15,168 nucleotides of DNA, taken from the NCBI GenBank assembly GCA_037917625.1, contig JAVCBY010000058.1:1-15168 (forward strand), written 5' to 3'. Source of the DNA: Thermoproteota archaeon (GTDB taxonomy: Archaea; Korarchaeota; Korarchaeia; Korarchaeales; Korarchaeaceae). The translations under genes and the position numbers were made by a program. Below are positions 1-8,087 of the stretch, in pieces (the first letter of the stretch is position 1; each line of letters starts with the position of its first letter). The notes under the pieces were generated by a model. The model was given only the letters and a program-made list of their open reading frames with translations, had not been told where the DNA came from and made no database searches.

Positions 1-66
1 CCCTCTCACCTCATCAATCTTATAAATGCCTCCTCTAAGCTCACGAATACGGGACTCGCTGATCTT
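1..66. repeat. Direct repeat copy 1 (66 bp, exact copy of 9206-9271; left extent cut by the window edge). It contains the last 19 codons + stop of the ABC ATPase gene (6..65, minus strand)
   Basis: ccctctcacctcatcaatct...gactcgctgatctt matches 9206-9271 base for base (offset 9205) and diverges at 67 (c) vs 9272 (a). In the ATPase frame, a TGA at 66-68 blocks any in-frame fusion. Confidence 0.97.
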
Positions 67-331
67 CAACATCCCATAAGAGCGCTAGCACTTGAGACTC
101 GAGCCAGTCCAGAGGGTCTTCACCAGGTGGTGATATCTTCGAGGGCCAGTTTGTCCTCCCCTCAAATCTGACATGGCACCTGCCGTCCTTCCTTCTTATC
201 TCTAATATCCTTAAATTCTCGGATTCCTTTGCTCCTCCTTTTAAATCTATCCCGAGCTTGCCGAAGAACTCCGAGCACTTTACCTCACTCTCGAATACGA
301 GTTCCCCCTTGACCTCTAGGTTGACTCCCAT
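41..331 (-). CDS. Hypothetical protein, probably 3'-truncated/chimeric at the repeat junction
   Basis: 96-aa ORF with host-like codon usage and a TATA-like TTTTTAAT (353-360, minus) about 22 nt upstream. The last residues DQRVPYS* are read out of frame from the duplicated ABC ATPase 3' end. Confidence 0.65.
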   Translation of the reverse strand: MGVNLEVKGELVFESEVKCSEFFGKLGIDLKGGAKESENLRILEIRRKDGRCHVRFEGRTNWPSKISPPGEDPLDWLESQVLALLWDVEDQRVPYS

Positions 332-430
332 AGGGTTCCGGGGATCTAGCCCATTAAAAACTTGATCTATCCATTTGACCCATGATCGGAATCGGGGGGA
401 TAGATGTCAATAGGTGGTATCGCTACACAA

Positions 431-631
431 TTACTTCTTAAAATCAGAAACGGATTGAGAGATGAAATCCTCGAAAGCGAATTTCACCCTTTCGGCATTC
501 TTACTCCTAATAAAACCCAAAAGGGCGGCCTTTATAGCTTCCGATCTACTCCTAAAATTACCCTCCATCACGAGGGCATCTATCGCTTTTATCAATTCCT
601 CATCGACTGTCAGTACTATCTGTTGGGCCAT
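431..631 (-). CDS. Ribbon-helix-helix (CopG/NikR-like) DNA-binding protein
   Basis: IVLTVDEELIKAIDALV..G.FRSRSEAIKAAL fits the RHH strand-helix-helix pattern. GGGTGA RBS lies 5 nt upstream and a TTAAATAA TATA is at 661-668 (minus). Confidence 0.88.
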   Translation of the reverse strand: MAQQIVLTVDEELIKAIDALVMEGNFRSRSEAIKAALLGFIRSKNAERVKFAFEDFISQSVSDFKK

Positions 632-774
632 GCGATCACCCGAGTCCTAGACCGCTCACCTTATTTAAGCTGTTATTGCGAGTATGTAGATCGTCAATAG
701 CCTAATAAGTCCCCAGGTCCTGAAAATATGTTAACCGATAATTTATTAAGAGAAGCTCGCTGAAGATCCGGATA

Positions 775-1020
775 GTGGTCGATATGCTCGAGGCATTCAT
801 TGCGGTTAGTGTTAGGCCCTCTAGTACTGCTGAACTTAAGAAGATCTTCTCAGCCAGTGATAAGGTTAAAGAGGTGTTCTACGTGACTGGAGAATTCGAT
901 TTCCTCATGAGAGTTGAGGCCGCAAATACATTCGAGTTAGCTAGGATAATAGAGATCCTGAGGAGTCAGGAGGGCGTGGAGAATACGGTAACGTTCATAG
1001 TGCTGGAGAAGTTGAAGTGA
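775..1020 (+). CDS. Stand-alone Lrp/AsnC ligand-binding (RAM) domain protein (demi-FFRP type)
   Basis: AFIAVSV...VKEVFYVTGEFDFLMRVEA....EL...IEILRSQEGVENTVTFIVL is the Lrp/AsnC C-terminal signature, with no HTH. TTTATTAA at 742-749 fits a leaderless GTG at 775; ATG at 784 is an alternative start. Confidence 0.88.
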   Translation: MVDMLEAFIAVSVRPSSTAELKKIFSASDKVKEVFYVTGEFDFLMRVEAANTFELARIIEILRSQEGVENTVTFIVLEKLK

Positions 1021-1532
1021 GCATCAAGATCTACGTACTCAGGCTAAGCCACGATGACCCTAAGAAGGCCACTGGGGCTAAGCTCCTCAGGCTGAAACTA
1101 GCGGAGAGATATAGAGGATCGAGAGGATCTATCGTATTGAACCCATTCTCCAGGACATACCTATCACCGGTCGATAGGAGAGAGGCAAGAGCATTAGTCG
1201 CTGTCGATACCTCCTGGAGGAGAATTGAGGAAGTTAGATGGCCAGCTGGCCTCCAGAGAAGGCTCCCCTTTTTAGTAGCAGCTAATCCGATAAATTACGG
1301 AGTCCCAGAGTATCTCTCTACTGTCGAAGCCCTAGCGTCAGCTCTCATAATTTTAGGGTATTGGGATCTTTCATTAAGAATTTTAAGCCCATTTAAGTGG
1401 GGAGAGGAGTTCCTGAGGATAAATGAAGATAGGCTTAAGGCTTATGCCGGAGCTAGTTGTGAAGAGGAAGTAAGAGCTCTGAGTGAGGAGTTCAGGCGGG
1501 AGTTAAAGGATCATCCTTCTGTAACTCCCTAA
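1017..1532 (+). CDS. tsr3: 16S rRNA aminocarboxypropyltransferase Tsr3 (DUF367)
   Basis: Motifs HDDPKKATG.KL, LSP.D, DTSW, RRLPFLVAANPINYG, LSTVEALA and FKWGEEFLRIN. The start overlaps the upstream stop (GTGA). Confidence 0.95.
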   Translation: MSIKIYVLRLSHDDPKKATGAKLLRLKLAERYRGSRGSIVLNPFSRTYLSPVDRREARALVAVDTSWRRIEEVRWPAGLQRRLPFLVAANPINYGVPEYLSTVEALASALIILGYWDLSLRILSPFKWGEEFLRINEDRLKAYAGASCEEEVRALSEEFRRELKDHPSVTP

Positions 1533-2318
1533 GATCTTGATCCAAATAGTCAATCCCTCTAGCTCGCGTATAGCTTCCCTCACAATATAATCATTGATGG
1601 AACCTTCGAACTCCACATAAAAGGAGTAATTCCATGGCTCACCCTTAATCGGCCTCGATTCTAGCCAAAGTAAGTTTATATTCCTACGAGCGAATGCTCC
1701 CAGAGCTCTCCAGAGGGAACCTGGCTTATGACTCGTTGCGAAGAATGCAGCTGTTGTATCAGCTCCTTCACTGATTTGATCCTTGAGGGAGATTACGAAG
1801 AACCTAGTTATGTTCAGAGGGATGTCTTGAATGTCCCTAGCCAGTATCTTCAGACCGTAGATAGAGGCAGCTCTCTCGCTCGCTATAGCAGCTAAGCTAG
1901 GATCATTAGCATCAGCCACTATTCTAGCAGCTCCTGCTGTATCCAAGCTGGGAATTACGATCCAGTTCTTCCCCTTCAAAAATTTCTCGCATTGAGCTAT
2001 AGCCTCCGGATGGGAATATACCACTCTTACATCCTCTATGCTACCTTTAACGCTCATAAGTGCATGGGAAACCTTCACTTTAACTTCTCCAACTACTCTG
2101 ACATCCCTCTCAAGTAATAGATCTAAGGATTTCCTTATGCTGCCAGTTGTAGAATTCTCTATGGGGATTACGCCGTAATCCGCTTCACCCGATTGAACGG
2201 AGTCAAAGACCTCATTCAAGTGATCTTTAGTTAGTAATTCGAATTCAAGGGATTTGAAGTAGAGATGAGCCGCTTCCTCGCTGTAAGACCCCCTCTCCCC
2301 TTGAATCGCGACCCTCAT
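1503..2318 (-). CDS. pheA: Prephenate dehydratase (PDT + ACT domain), stand-alone
   Basis: VAIQGERGSYSEEAA, PIENSTTGSI, YSHPEAIAQC, the NITRF catalytic motif, and an ACT domain with PGSL..AL..FA.RNINL..LESRP. Confidence 0.95.
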   Translation of the reverse strand: MRVAIQGERGSYSEEAAHLYFKSLEFELLTKDHLNEVFDSVQSGEADYGVIPIENSTTGSIRKSLDLLLERDVRVVGEVKVKVSHALMSVKGSIEDVRVVYSHPEAIAQCEKFLKGKNWIVIPSLDTAGAARIVADANDPSLAAIASERAASIYGLKILARDIQDIPLNITRFFVISLKDQISEGADTTAAFFATSHKPGSLWRALGAFARRNINLLWLESRPIKGEPWNYSFYVEFEGSINDYIVREAIRELEGLTIWIKILGSYRRMIL

Positions 2319-2586
2319 TCACGGGATATGAGAATGAGCAAGAAAAATTTTATCGTTTTAAAATGGTTGCAGTTCGAGGGCCGACTAGCTCCAGATTCCC
2401 CATCCGATTTAATTCTCTCCTCAATTCAGTAGATTTAGTAGCACTGATTCACGGAATTCTCTAATCAATTGAATTTGCAATAAGGAATTCCATTCGTATT
2501 TGCGAGATAGTTCCTTTGGCCTTATAGAGATTGAAGGACTTCAAAAATTCTTTAAAGCCCCCATTGAATCTTGAGAAGGTGAGGGC

Positions 2587-3450
2587 TTGCGCTTCCATAA
2601 GCTATCATTGAAGGATCCGGAGAGCCTCGATGAAACGATCTTATCAGAGCTAGACTTAGCTCTCGAGAGGTCTCGAGGATCTTATAATGTTTATACTACA
2701 GGAGTGGTTACTGGGATCCCTCCCGAGGATATTGGCTTCATATCATTTCATCTTCCAGCTTCTAAGATCTCCGCATTAGGGGCGGATCCCAAGTTCGTCT
2801 TTGGAAGCTTCCTCCTACCGGAGGGTTATCAGGGGATAGTCGAGGATTTCGAGGAGGAGGCCCATAGGTATGGTTCAAGAGCGAAGAGTAAAGTGGTGCA
2901 TGGGCGAAGGGCTCTCGCTATCATATCTATGAGGGGCGAGGTCCGAGAAATAATATTACCAACTAACGTTAAGATAGGTGACCTTATAGCCCTAATTGGG
3001 GTTCCAGGAGCTGAATTCCTATACCTGATCGCGAACAGAAAACCAGAGCTCTTCATGAGACTAGGAATGGAGGATAATATTAGGAAGTGGAAAAGAGCTC
3101 TCTGGATGCTCACATGCGTAGATGCCGTGAGGACGCTCCTCACGATATCTAGAGTGGATGGGCTCATATGCGTAGATAGCGGAGGGATCTTGGAATCTCT
3201 GAATAAACTTGCAGATCTATCAGGGACCGGTTTCATCATCTCAAGAGATAAGATTGAATTCCCTCCGGAATTAATGAGAATCTCAACTCAAATGTATTTA
3301 GATCCTTTAAAGCTCCCCAGCTCCGGCGTGACGCTAGCAGCAATTCCTAAGTATGCACAAGTGAGCCAGATAAGTGAGATCCTTGAGATGCATGGACATC
3401 GGGTAAGCTTCATAGGGAATATAGCCAGAGAGGTCAGGATTATCTCTTGA
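2587..3450 (+). CDS. AIR synthase/PurM-HypE-like family protein, with degenerate catalytic motifs
   Basis: ISALGADPKFVFGSFLLP, NVKIGDLIALIG..GAE, GGILESLNKLADLSGTGFII, LDPLKLPSSG and VSFIG.I match the fold. TTTAAA TATA at 2551-2556 and a GGTGAGG RBS precede the TTG start. Confidence 0.78.
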   Translation: MRFHKLSLKDPESLDETILSELDLALERSRGSYNVYTTGVVTGIPPEDIGFISFHLPASKISALGADPKFVFGSFLLPEGYQGIVEDFEEEAHRYGSRAKSKVVHGRRALAIISMRGEVREIILPTNVKIGDLIALIGVPGAEFLYLIANRKPELFMRLGMEDNIRKWKRALWMLTCVDAVRTLLTISRVDGLICVDSGGILESLNKLADLSGTGFIISRDKIEFPPELMRISTQMYLDPLKLPSSGVTLAAIPKYAQVSQISEILEMHGHRVSFIGNIAREVRIIS

Positions 3451-3800
3451 GAGGGGCGAAGGTGCTCTTTATGACTAATTGAAAAATCCCATCTGGGACG
3501 TCAGGGGGTTCGTGATGGGCCAGGGAGGAGTATCTATCGAGGAGATCTCCCTCTCGTGAGGCAATTCATATTTGAACGTATTATGTGAAGCGTCCGATTA
3601 CCTGAGGAAGCACCCTAGATTTCCTATATTCTCACATTTTTCATGAAAAACATAATTTAATCTTATTTCACCGGAAAGCCCCATAAAATCCCTTCATTTT
3701 AGGAGATCCCATATGTTAAATTTATTTGGAGTTAATGTAAATGGTATATTCTGACATTAAATAGGTCACTCCCCTTTCAACGCGTGTAGTTGCAATGCAG

Positions 3801-3819
3801 GGGAAAAATTTTTATTTAA
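3801..3819 (+). promoter_or_regulatory. BRE + TATA box of the histone gene (leaderless transcript likely)
   Basis: GGGAAAAA followed by TTTTTATTTAA, about 20-25 nt upstream of ATG 3839, with no RBS in between. Confidence 0.7.
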
Positions 3820-3838
3820 GTTCTCCTTCCTTTTATCT

Positions 3839-4063
3839 ATGCCAAGGGCTAGATATCTGCCTCTTGCTCCCATTGGGAGAATAATAAGAGATGCTGGTGC
3901 GGAGAGGGTAAGTGATGCGGCTGTTGAGTTATTAGAGCGCTACATGGAGAAGTTTGCACTCGAAGTAAGCAGGCAAGCTGTCAGTTTGGCCAAGCACGCG
4001 AACAGGAAGACTGTATCAGGTGAGGATATAGATCTCGCGATAAAGACCGTTTGGAAGGCTTGA
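3839..4063 (+). CDS. Archaeal histone (HMf/HTk-type single histone fold)
   Basis: LPLAPIGRIIRDAGAERVSDAA...A..HANRKTV..EDIDLA closely follows the HMf consensus, including the loop-1 AGA motif. It has a short basic N-terminal extension (PRAR). Confidence 0.97.
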   Translation: MPRARYLPLAPIGRIIRDAGAERVSDAAVELLERYMEKFALEVSRQAVSLAKHANRKTVSGEDIDLAIKTVWKA

Positions 4064-4084
4064 GATCAATCCCCTCCGCCCAGC

Positions 4085-4099
4085 CCCCTACTTTTTTAT
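4085..4099 (+). terminator. Putative oligo-T archaeal terminator of the histone gene
   Basis: TTTTTT at 4092-4097 in a pyrimidine-rich stretch about 30 nt after the stop. Confidence 0.5.
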
Positions 4100-4195
4100 C
4101 AGGTCTCTCGCTCCTCGTCCGAGGATCCTTCTACTGAGAGAGTTAGTAGGACGGACAAAACTTATTAGATTTCCCCGCCTCATGAGGAGGGTCAC

Positions 4196-5638
4196 TTGAG
4201 CTTGAGGGGGTTCTTCGAACCAGAATCTATAGTGGTGATAGGAGCATCGAGATCACCCGGGAAGATAGGTTACGAGATCCTGAGGATAATGGTCGAGAAT
4301 AGGGAGAGAGGGACTTACAAGGGAAAACTTTACGCAGTTAATCCGAGATCCGATGAGATGATACTCAATGTACCGACGTATAAGAGCGTCCTAGACATCC
4401 CAGAGGCTCCGGAATTGGCTATAATAGTTACTCCAGCACCAAACACACCTCAAGTCCTTGAGGAATGCGGAAAGAAGGGTATAAAGAGTGCTGTGATTAT
4501 AAGCGGGGGTTTCGCTGAGATAGGTGGAGAAGGAGTTAGGCTCCAGAGGATGCTGGATGAGATAAGGAGGAGATATGGAATCAGAGTAATTGGTCCTAAT
4601 TGCGTGGGTGTGATATCCCCTTCAACGGGAGTTGATACCCTCTTCCTTCCTGTCGATAAGGAACTCCAAGGGAATAGCTATATTTCCTCCCCGAGGCCTA
4701 AGCCCGGGAGTGTGGCCTTAATCACGCAATCCGGGGCCTTCGGAGTCGCTTGCTTAGATTACATGTATGGTGAGGGTATAGGATTATCGAAATTCGTGAG
4801 TTATGGTAATAAACTTGATGTAGATGAGGTGGATGTCATAGAATACTTAAAGGATGATCCCTCAACGAAGGTCATCTTAGTTTACGCTGAGTCTATAGAG
4901 AGAGGAAGGGAGTTCCTAGAGCTCGCGAGGGAGGTGACTAAGGAGAAACCTATAGTTGTCTTGAAAGCCGGAAGAACAAGTGCTGGTGCCAGAGCTGCGA
5001 GTTCTCATACCGATGCGATAGCTGGGAGCGACTCTATATATGATGCCGCATTCAAGCAAGCGGGAGTGATAAGGGTTACGGATATGGAGGAGCTCTTCGA
5101 TGCCGCTAAGGCTCTCTCGATGCAGCCTCCAGCTGAGGGAGAGAGCATAGCTATACTGACGGATGGAGGTGGAGTCGGTGTTATGGCAGCTGATGAAACG
5201 GAAGCCGTTGGATTGAAGCTCGCTGAATTTTCTGATTCCACAGAGGAGAAGCTGGAAGAGCTTCAGAGGGCTAACGTTATTCCGCCTATAGCGGCTCTCG
5301 GAAATCCAATAGATCTGACGGGTAGCGCTACGGATGATTCATTCGTAGGGGCTATGGAAGCTATATTGGAGGATCAAGGAGTGCATGGCGTAGTAGTCTT
5401 AGCCCTTCATCACGTCCCAGGTGTGACATGGGAGCTCCCAAGGAAGCTAGCGGAAGTGACTAAGCGTTATAGAAAGCCAGTAGTAGCGATGGATGTTGGA
5501 AGCTCGCAATATGCAATAGAATTTAGGAAAATGTTTGAGAGGGAGGGGATACCGGCATATCCGGAGCCTGAAAGAGCTGTTAAAGCTATGAAGGCTCTCG
5601 TTCAATATGGGCTCGTGAGAAGATATCAGAGAGCCTGA
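4196..5638 (+). CDS. acdA: ADP-forming acyl/acetyl-CoA synthetase, alpha subunit
   Basis: CoA-binding N-terminus (FFEPESIVVIGASRSPGKIG, YAVNP), GFAEIG, GPNC, TQSGA, SYGNKLDV, LKAGRT..GARAASSH (His271) and GNPIDLTG. GAGGAGG RBS upstream. No beta (ATP-grasp) subunit in the window. Confidence 0.92.
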   Translation: MSLRGFFEPESIVVIGASRSPGKIGYEILRIMVENRERGTYKGKLYAVNPRSDEMILNVPTYKSVLDIPEAPELAIIVTPAPNTPQVLEECGKKGIKSAVIISGGFAEIGGEGVRLQRMLDEIRRRYGIRVIGPNCVGVISPSTGVDTLFLPVDKELQGNSYISSPRPKPGSVALITQSGAFGVACLDYMYGEGIGLSKFVSYGNKLDVDEVDVIEYLKDDPSTKVILVYAESIERGREFLELAREVTKEKPIVVLKAGRTSAGARAASSHTDAIAGSDSIYDAAFKQAGVIRVTDMEELFDAAKALSMQPPAEGESIAILTDGGGVGVMAADETEAVGLKLAEFSDSTEEKLEELQRANVIPPIAALGNPIDLTGSATDDSFVGAMEAILEDQGVHGVVVLALHHVPGVTWELPRKLAEVTKRYRKPVVAMDVGSSQYAIEFRKMFEREGIPAYPEPERAVKAMKALVQYGLVRRYQRA

Positions 5639-8087
5639 TTCTCCCCCTAAAAATTAATATTATTATCATCGGTACGGCAATTACTATTAAGATTTCCCAG
5701 AGCTCTATCCCTCCTTCACTGCTCAGATTCAAGCTAGCTTTTATCGTCTGCGATAGACTCCTCCCATCCTGCTTCCACGTTATCTTTATGTCGATAGGAA
5801 TCTGTAGGGGTGCTTGTTTATCTATATCGACCTCCATTATCGCTGATGCATTGCTCCTCGCTGGGACGTCCCCTATCGCTAGGGAGGTCGTTCCTATTAG
5901 GTAGGGAGTTATTATCTCTATCACGGCATCATTAGCTGTGACATCAGCCCCGTTCCTCAGGATGAGCGACAGCTTAACCCCCCTATCCCCCGGCCCCGGC
6001 CTTCCAGATGCGTTGAGCTCAATCAACTCGAAGGAGGCTTTTTCATCTATCTGAAGGGGCAATCTGGCCTCACCATATTTCGAGGCGAGCTTCAGCTCAT
6101 ATCTACCTGGCTTAGCATTCTCCTTAATTTTCAGAATGAAGCTGACCTCCATGCTCTGACCCGGGGGGAGCGCGGGGATTAAGAACGTATCGGAGCCAGA
6201 GTAAGATGGCTCAACGTAGCTGGGCAGAGATGTGAGGTTCAACCTGAGATCCTTTGCAACGTAACTTCCGACGTTCGTTATCAAAGTCATTAACCTAACG
6301 TTAGAATCCCCGGGATATACGGGGGTCGGGACTGTAGATACATGAGCTACCTCTATCCTGGGCTCACCTGAAGCCCTCACACCCAATGTAGTCACATCCA
6401 TATGATCTATTCCCGATTCATCTCTATAACTGAGTCTCGCGATCATTTGAACAGCTCCATAGACATTTGGGGAGAGATATACCGTGAAGTTCCTCAAAGT
6501 GCTCTCCCCTCTATCTAATGAGTCAATATAAGCCCTCCCAGTCCCGACAATGGATCCTATCTCTGGGGAGGGAAATGCTAACTCTATCCTAAGGTCTTTG
6601 GCCAAACCTCCTTCGTTCTTAATCTCAACGATCAGCTCATTAGTCTCATCGTTCTTAAGTTCAGTGTTTAATGGTATTAGAATGAGGAGGGGCTGTTTCG
6701 GGGATTCCGCGATGAAGGATATCGGAATAACTTGAGTTCTAGTTGAATCATGCTCATCCAGATAGCTAAGCTCGATCGTGAGGACGAGGCTTCCGTAACT
6801 CATGTTAGGTGCGTAAAGTAGCGTAGATATCCCCTTAGAGGCCCCCGGCTTCAAGCTCCCCATAATTACCCCAGTCTCCGAGAGAACAGCGAGATCTTTA
6901 GAGGCTATGAGATTTGCTCTCAAGTTCCTAGCTGTCTCGTTCCCCTCATTCTTCAGGTAGACCACGACGGATTCAGGGACCCCCGGCTTCAACACCCTCT
7001 TATCCGAGAAAGCCGTGAGGAATGGGCCAACAGGTATCCTCACGTAGAATCCTAAAGTGGAGGAGGATGTCCTCTCCTCCCCACCAGCATCTAACCATCG
7101 CAATGATGCTAAAATCTGGATAGGCCCTGATATTTGAGGTAGGACGCTTAAGTTTACTGGAACTATCATTAATTTCCCTGGATTGAAATCCCCTAAATCG
7201 AGCGTGTTACTACCGATGACAGCGACTCCAGGTGGTGTTTGTAGTGTCATCTTCACTCTATAAGCCCATTCACTTCCCCCATTCTCTACTAAGAGAGATA
7301 CCGTGTTGTTCACCCCTGGATCTAAGTAAAAGTCCTTAGTGGAGACACTGACTCCCTTTGGGCCAACTTCGGAGACTGGAAGCGTCTGAGTAGTAGTATA
7401 TTGACCCCCAGGCCCAACTTGAGCTCCCCAAGTCACTGTAGCTGTTAGAGTAACTGCTTCATCGACGTTATCAGCTACATAAATCTCAGTTTGAACTCTT
7501 CTACTCTCAGCAGGGTTCATTAGTCCCAAATCTATCGGTGAGGATACTTGAACCCCCAGGCTCGTTGGAGTTAGGGATATCCTGACGTTCCTCGCTACAC
7601 CGTCCCCTATATTTTCGACCTCTATATAGATAGTAGCGGGCCAACCTGGCCTCACGCTACCTGAGATACTGCAAATGACTCTAGGGGAGCCCTGAACTGT
7701 GATGAATAAGGGTATCACTTGACTCTGAGGTATTCCATTGGCTCTGAATCTCAGGAACAAGTCTGCCTTATAGTGAGATGCATACGCATTCTCTGGCACT
7801 GAAACGGTGAATCTCATATACAGGGACTGACCTTGGAAGAGAGATCCCGAATAAGAGAATGAAGTCGTATAATCTGAACCGACAAAATCGTATATCTTGA
7901 GGGTAGCATTTATATTGCTCAAGATCCCATTGTATGAACTCTTAGCCTCTATCACGAAGGTATTATTCGCTCCTAGGACTAAGGCATAGCCCTCCCAATA
8001 GGAGTCCTTGATGATGAAATAGCTCTCTCCGGACATTGAAAGAGCCTCAATGAATATGAGTAGTAAGATGATGGGCAGTTTCCTCAC
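5586..8087 (-). CDS. Secreted, C-terminally membrane-anchored protein with about 7 CARDB/Ig-like repeats (COG1361 S-layer-domain-like)
   Basis: Signal peptide MRKLPIILLLIFIEALS. Repeats ENIGDGVARNV, ENGGSEWAYRV, KNEGNETARNL, KNEGGLAKDL, TNVGSYVAKDL and RNGADVTANDA, most followed by G.L.PG-like motifs. C-terminal TM LWEILIVIAVPMIIILIF then a basic tail. GGAGGTGA RBS, and the start abuts the permease stop. Confidence 0.85.
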   Translation of the reverse strand: MRKLPIILLLIFIEALSMSGESYFIIKDSYWEGYALVLGANNTFVIEAKSSYNGILSNINATLKIYDFVGSDYTTSFSYSGSLFQGQSLYMRFTVSVPENAYASHYKADLFLRFRANGIPQSQVIPLFITVQGSPRVICSISGSVRPGWPATIYIEVENIGDGVARNVRISLTPTSLGVQVSSPIDLGLMNPAESRRVQTEIYVADNVDEAVTLTATVTWGAQVGPGGQYTTTQTLPVSEVGPKGVSVSTKDFYLDPGVNNTVSLLVENGGSEWAYRVKMTLQTPPGVAVIGSNTLDLGDFNPGKLMIVPVNLSVLPQISGPIQILASLRWLDAGGEERTSSSTLGFYVRIPVGPFLTAFSDKRVLKPGVPESVVVYLKNEGNETARNLRANLIASKDLAVLSETGVIMGSLKPGASKGISTLLYAPNMSYGSLVLTIELSYLDEHDSTRTQVIPISFIAESPKQPLLILIPLNTELKNDETNELIVEIKNEGGLAKDLRIELAFPSPEIGSIVGTGRAYIDSLDRGESTLRNFTVYLSPNVYGAVQMIARLSYRDESGIDHMDVTTLGVRASGEPRIEVAHVSTVPTPVYPGDSNVRLMTLITNVGSYVAKDLRLNLTSLPSYVEPSYSGSDTFLIPALPPGQSMEVSFILKIKENAKPGRYELKLASKYGEARLPLQIDEKASFELIELNASGRPGPGDRGVKLSLILRNGADVTANDAVIEIITPYLIGTTSLAIGDVPARSNASAIMEVDIDKQAPLQIPIDIKITWKQDGRSLSQTIKASLNLSSEGGIELWEILIVIAVPMIIILIFRGRIRLSDIFSRAHIEREPS

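Noticed and set aside
41..631. RHH + downstream ORF as a type II toxin-antitoxin pair
   Set aside because: The genes are about 100 bp apart, the downstream ORF has its own TATA candidate, and it has no recognisable PIN/RelE/HEPN motif.
404..700. Plus-strand ORFs 404..700 and 462..650
   Set aside because: Antisense shadows of the RHH gene, with no motifs or RBS.
2319..2586. 268-bp divergent spacer as an ncRNA or CRISPR remnant
   Set aside because: No regularly spaced repeats or convincing structure, only scattered GAATTC-like words and TATA candidates.
3453..3480. GGCGAAGGTGCTC resembling the start of a fluoride riboswitch
   Set aside because: It lacks the GAUGG core pairing and the downstream UGAUGAC motif, and there is no crcB-type gene.
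3620..3800. AT-rich tract with TTCACCGGAAA as a replication origin/ORB
   Set aside because: Single weak match with no repeated ORBs and no cdc6/orc1 gene nearby.
4112..4156. TCCTCG-TC-CGAGGA palindrome and an imperfect GTCCG...CGGAC hairpin before acdA
   Set aside because: Short single instances compatible with chance, with no support for a function.
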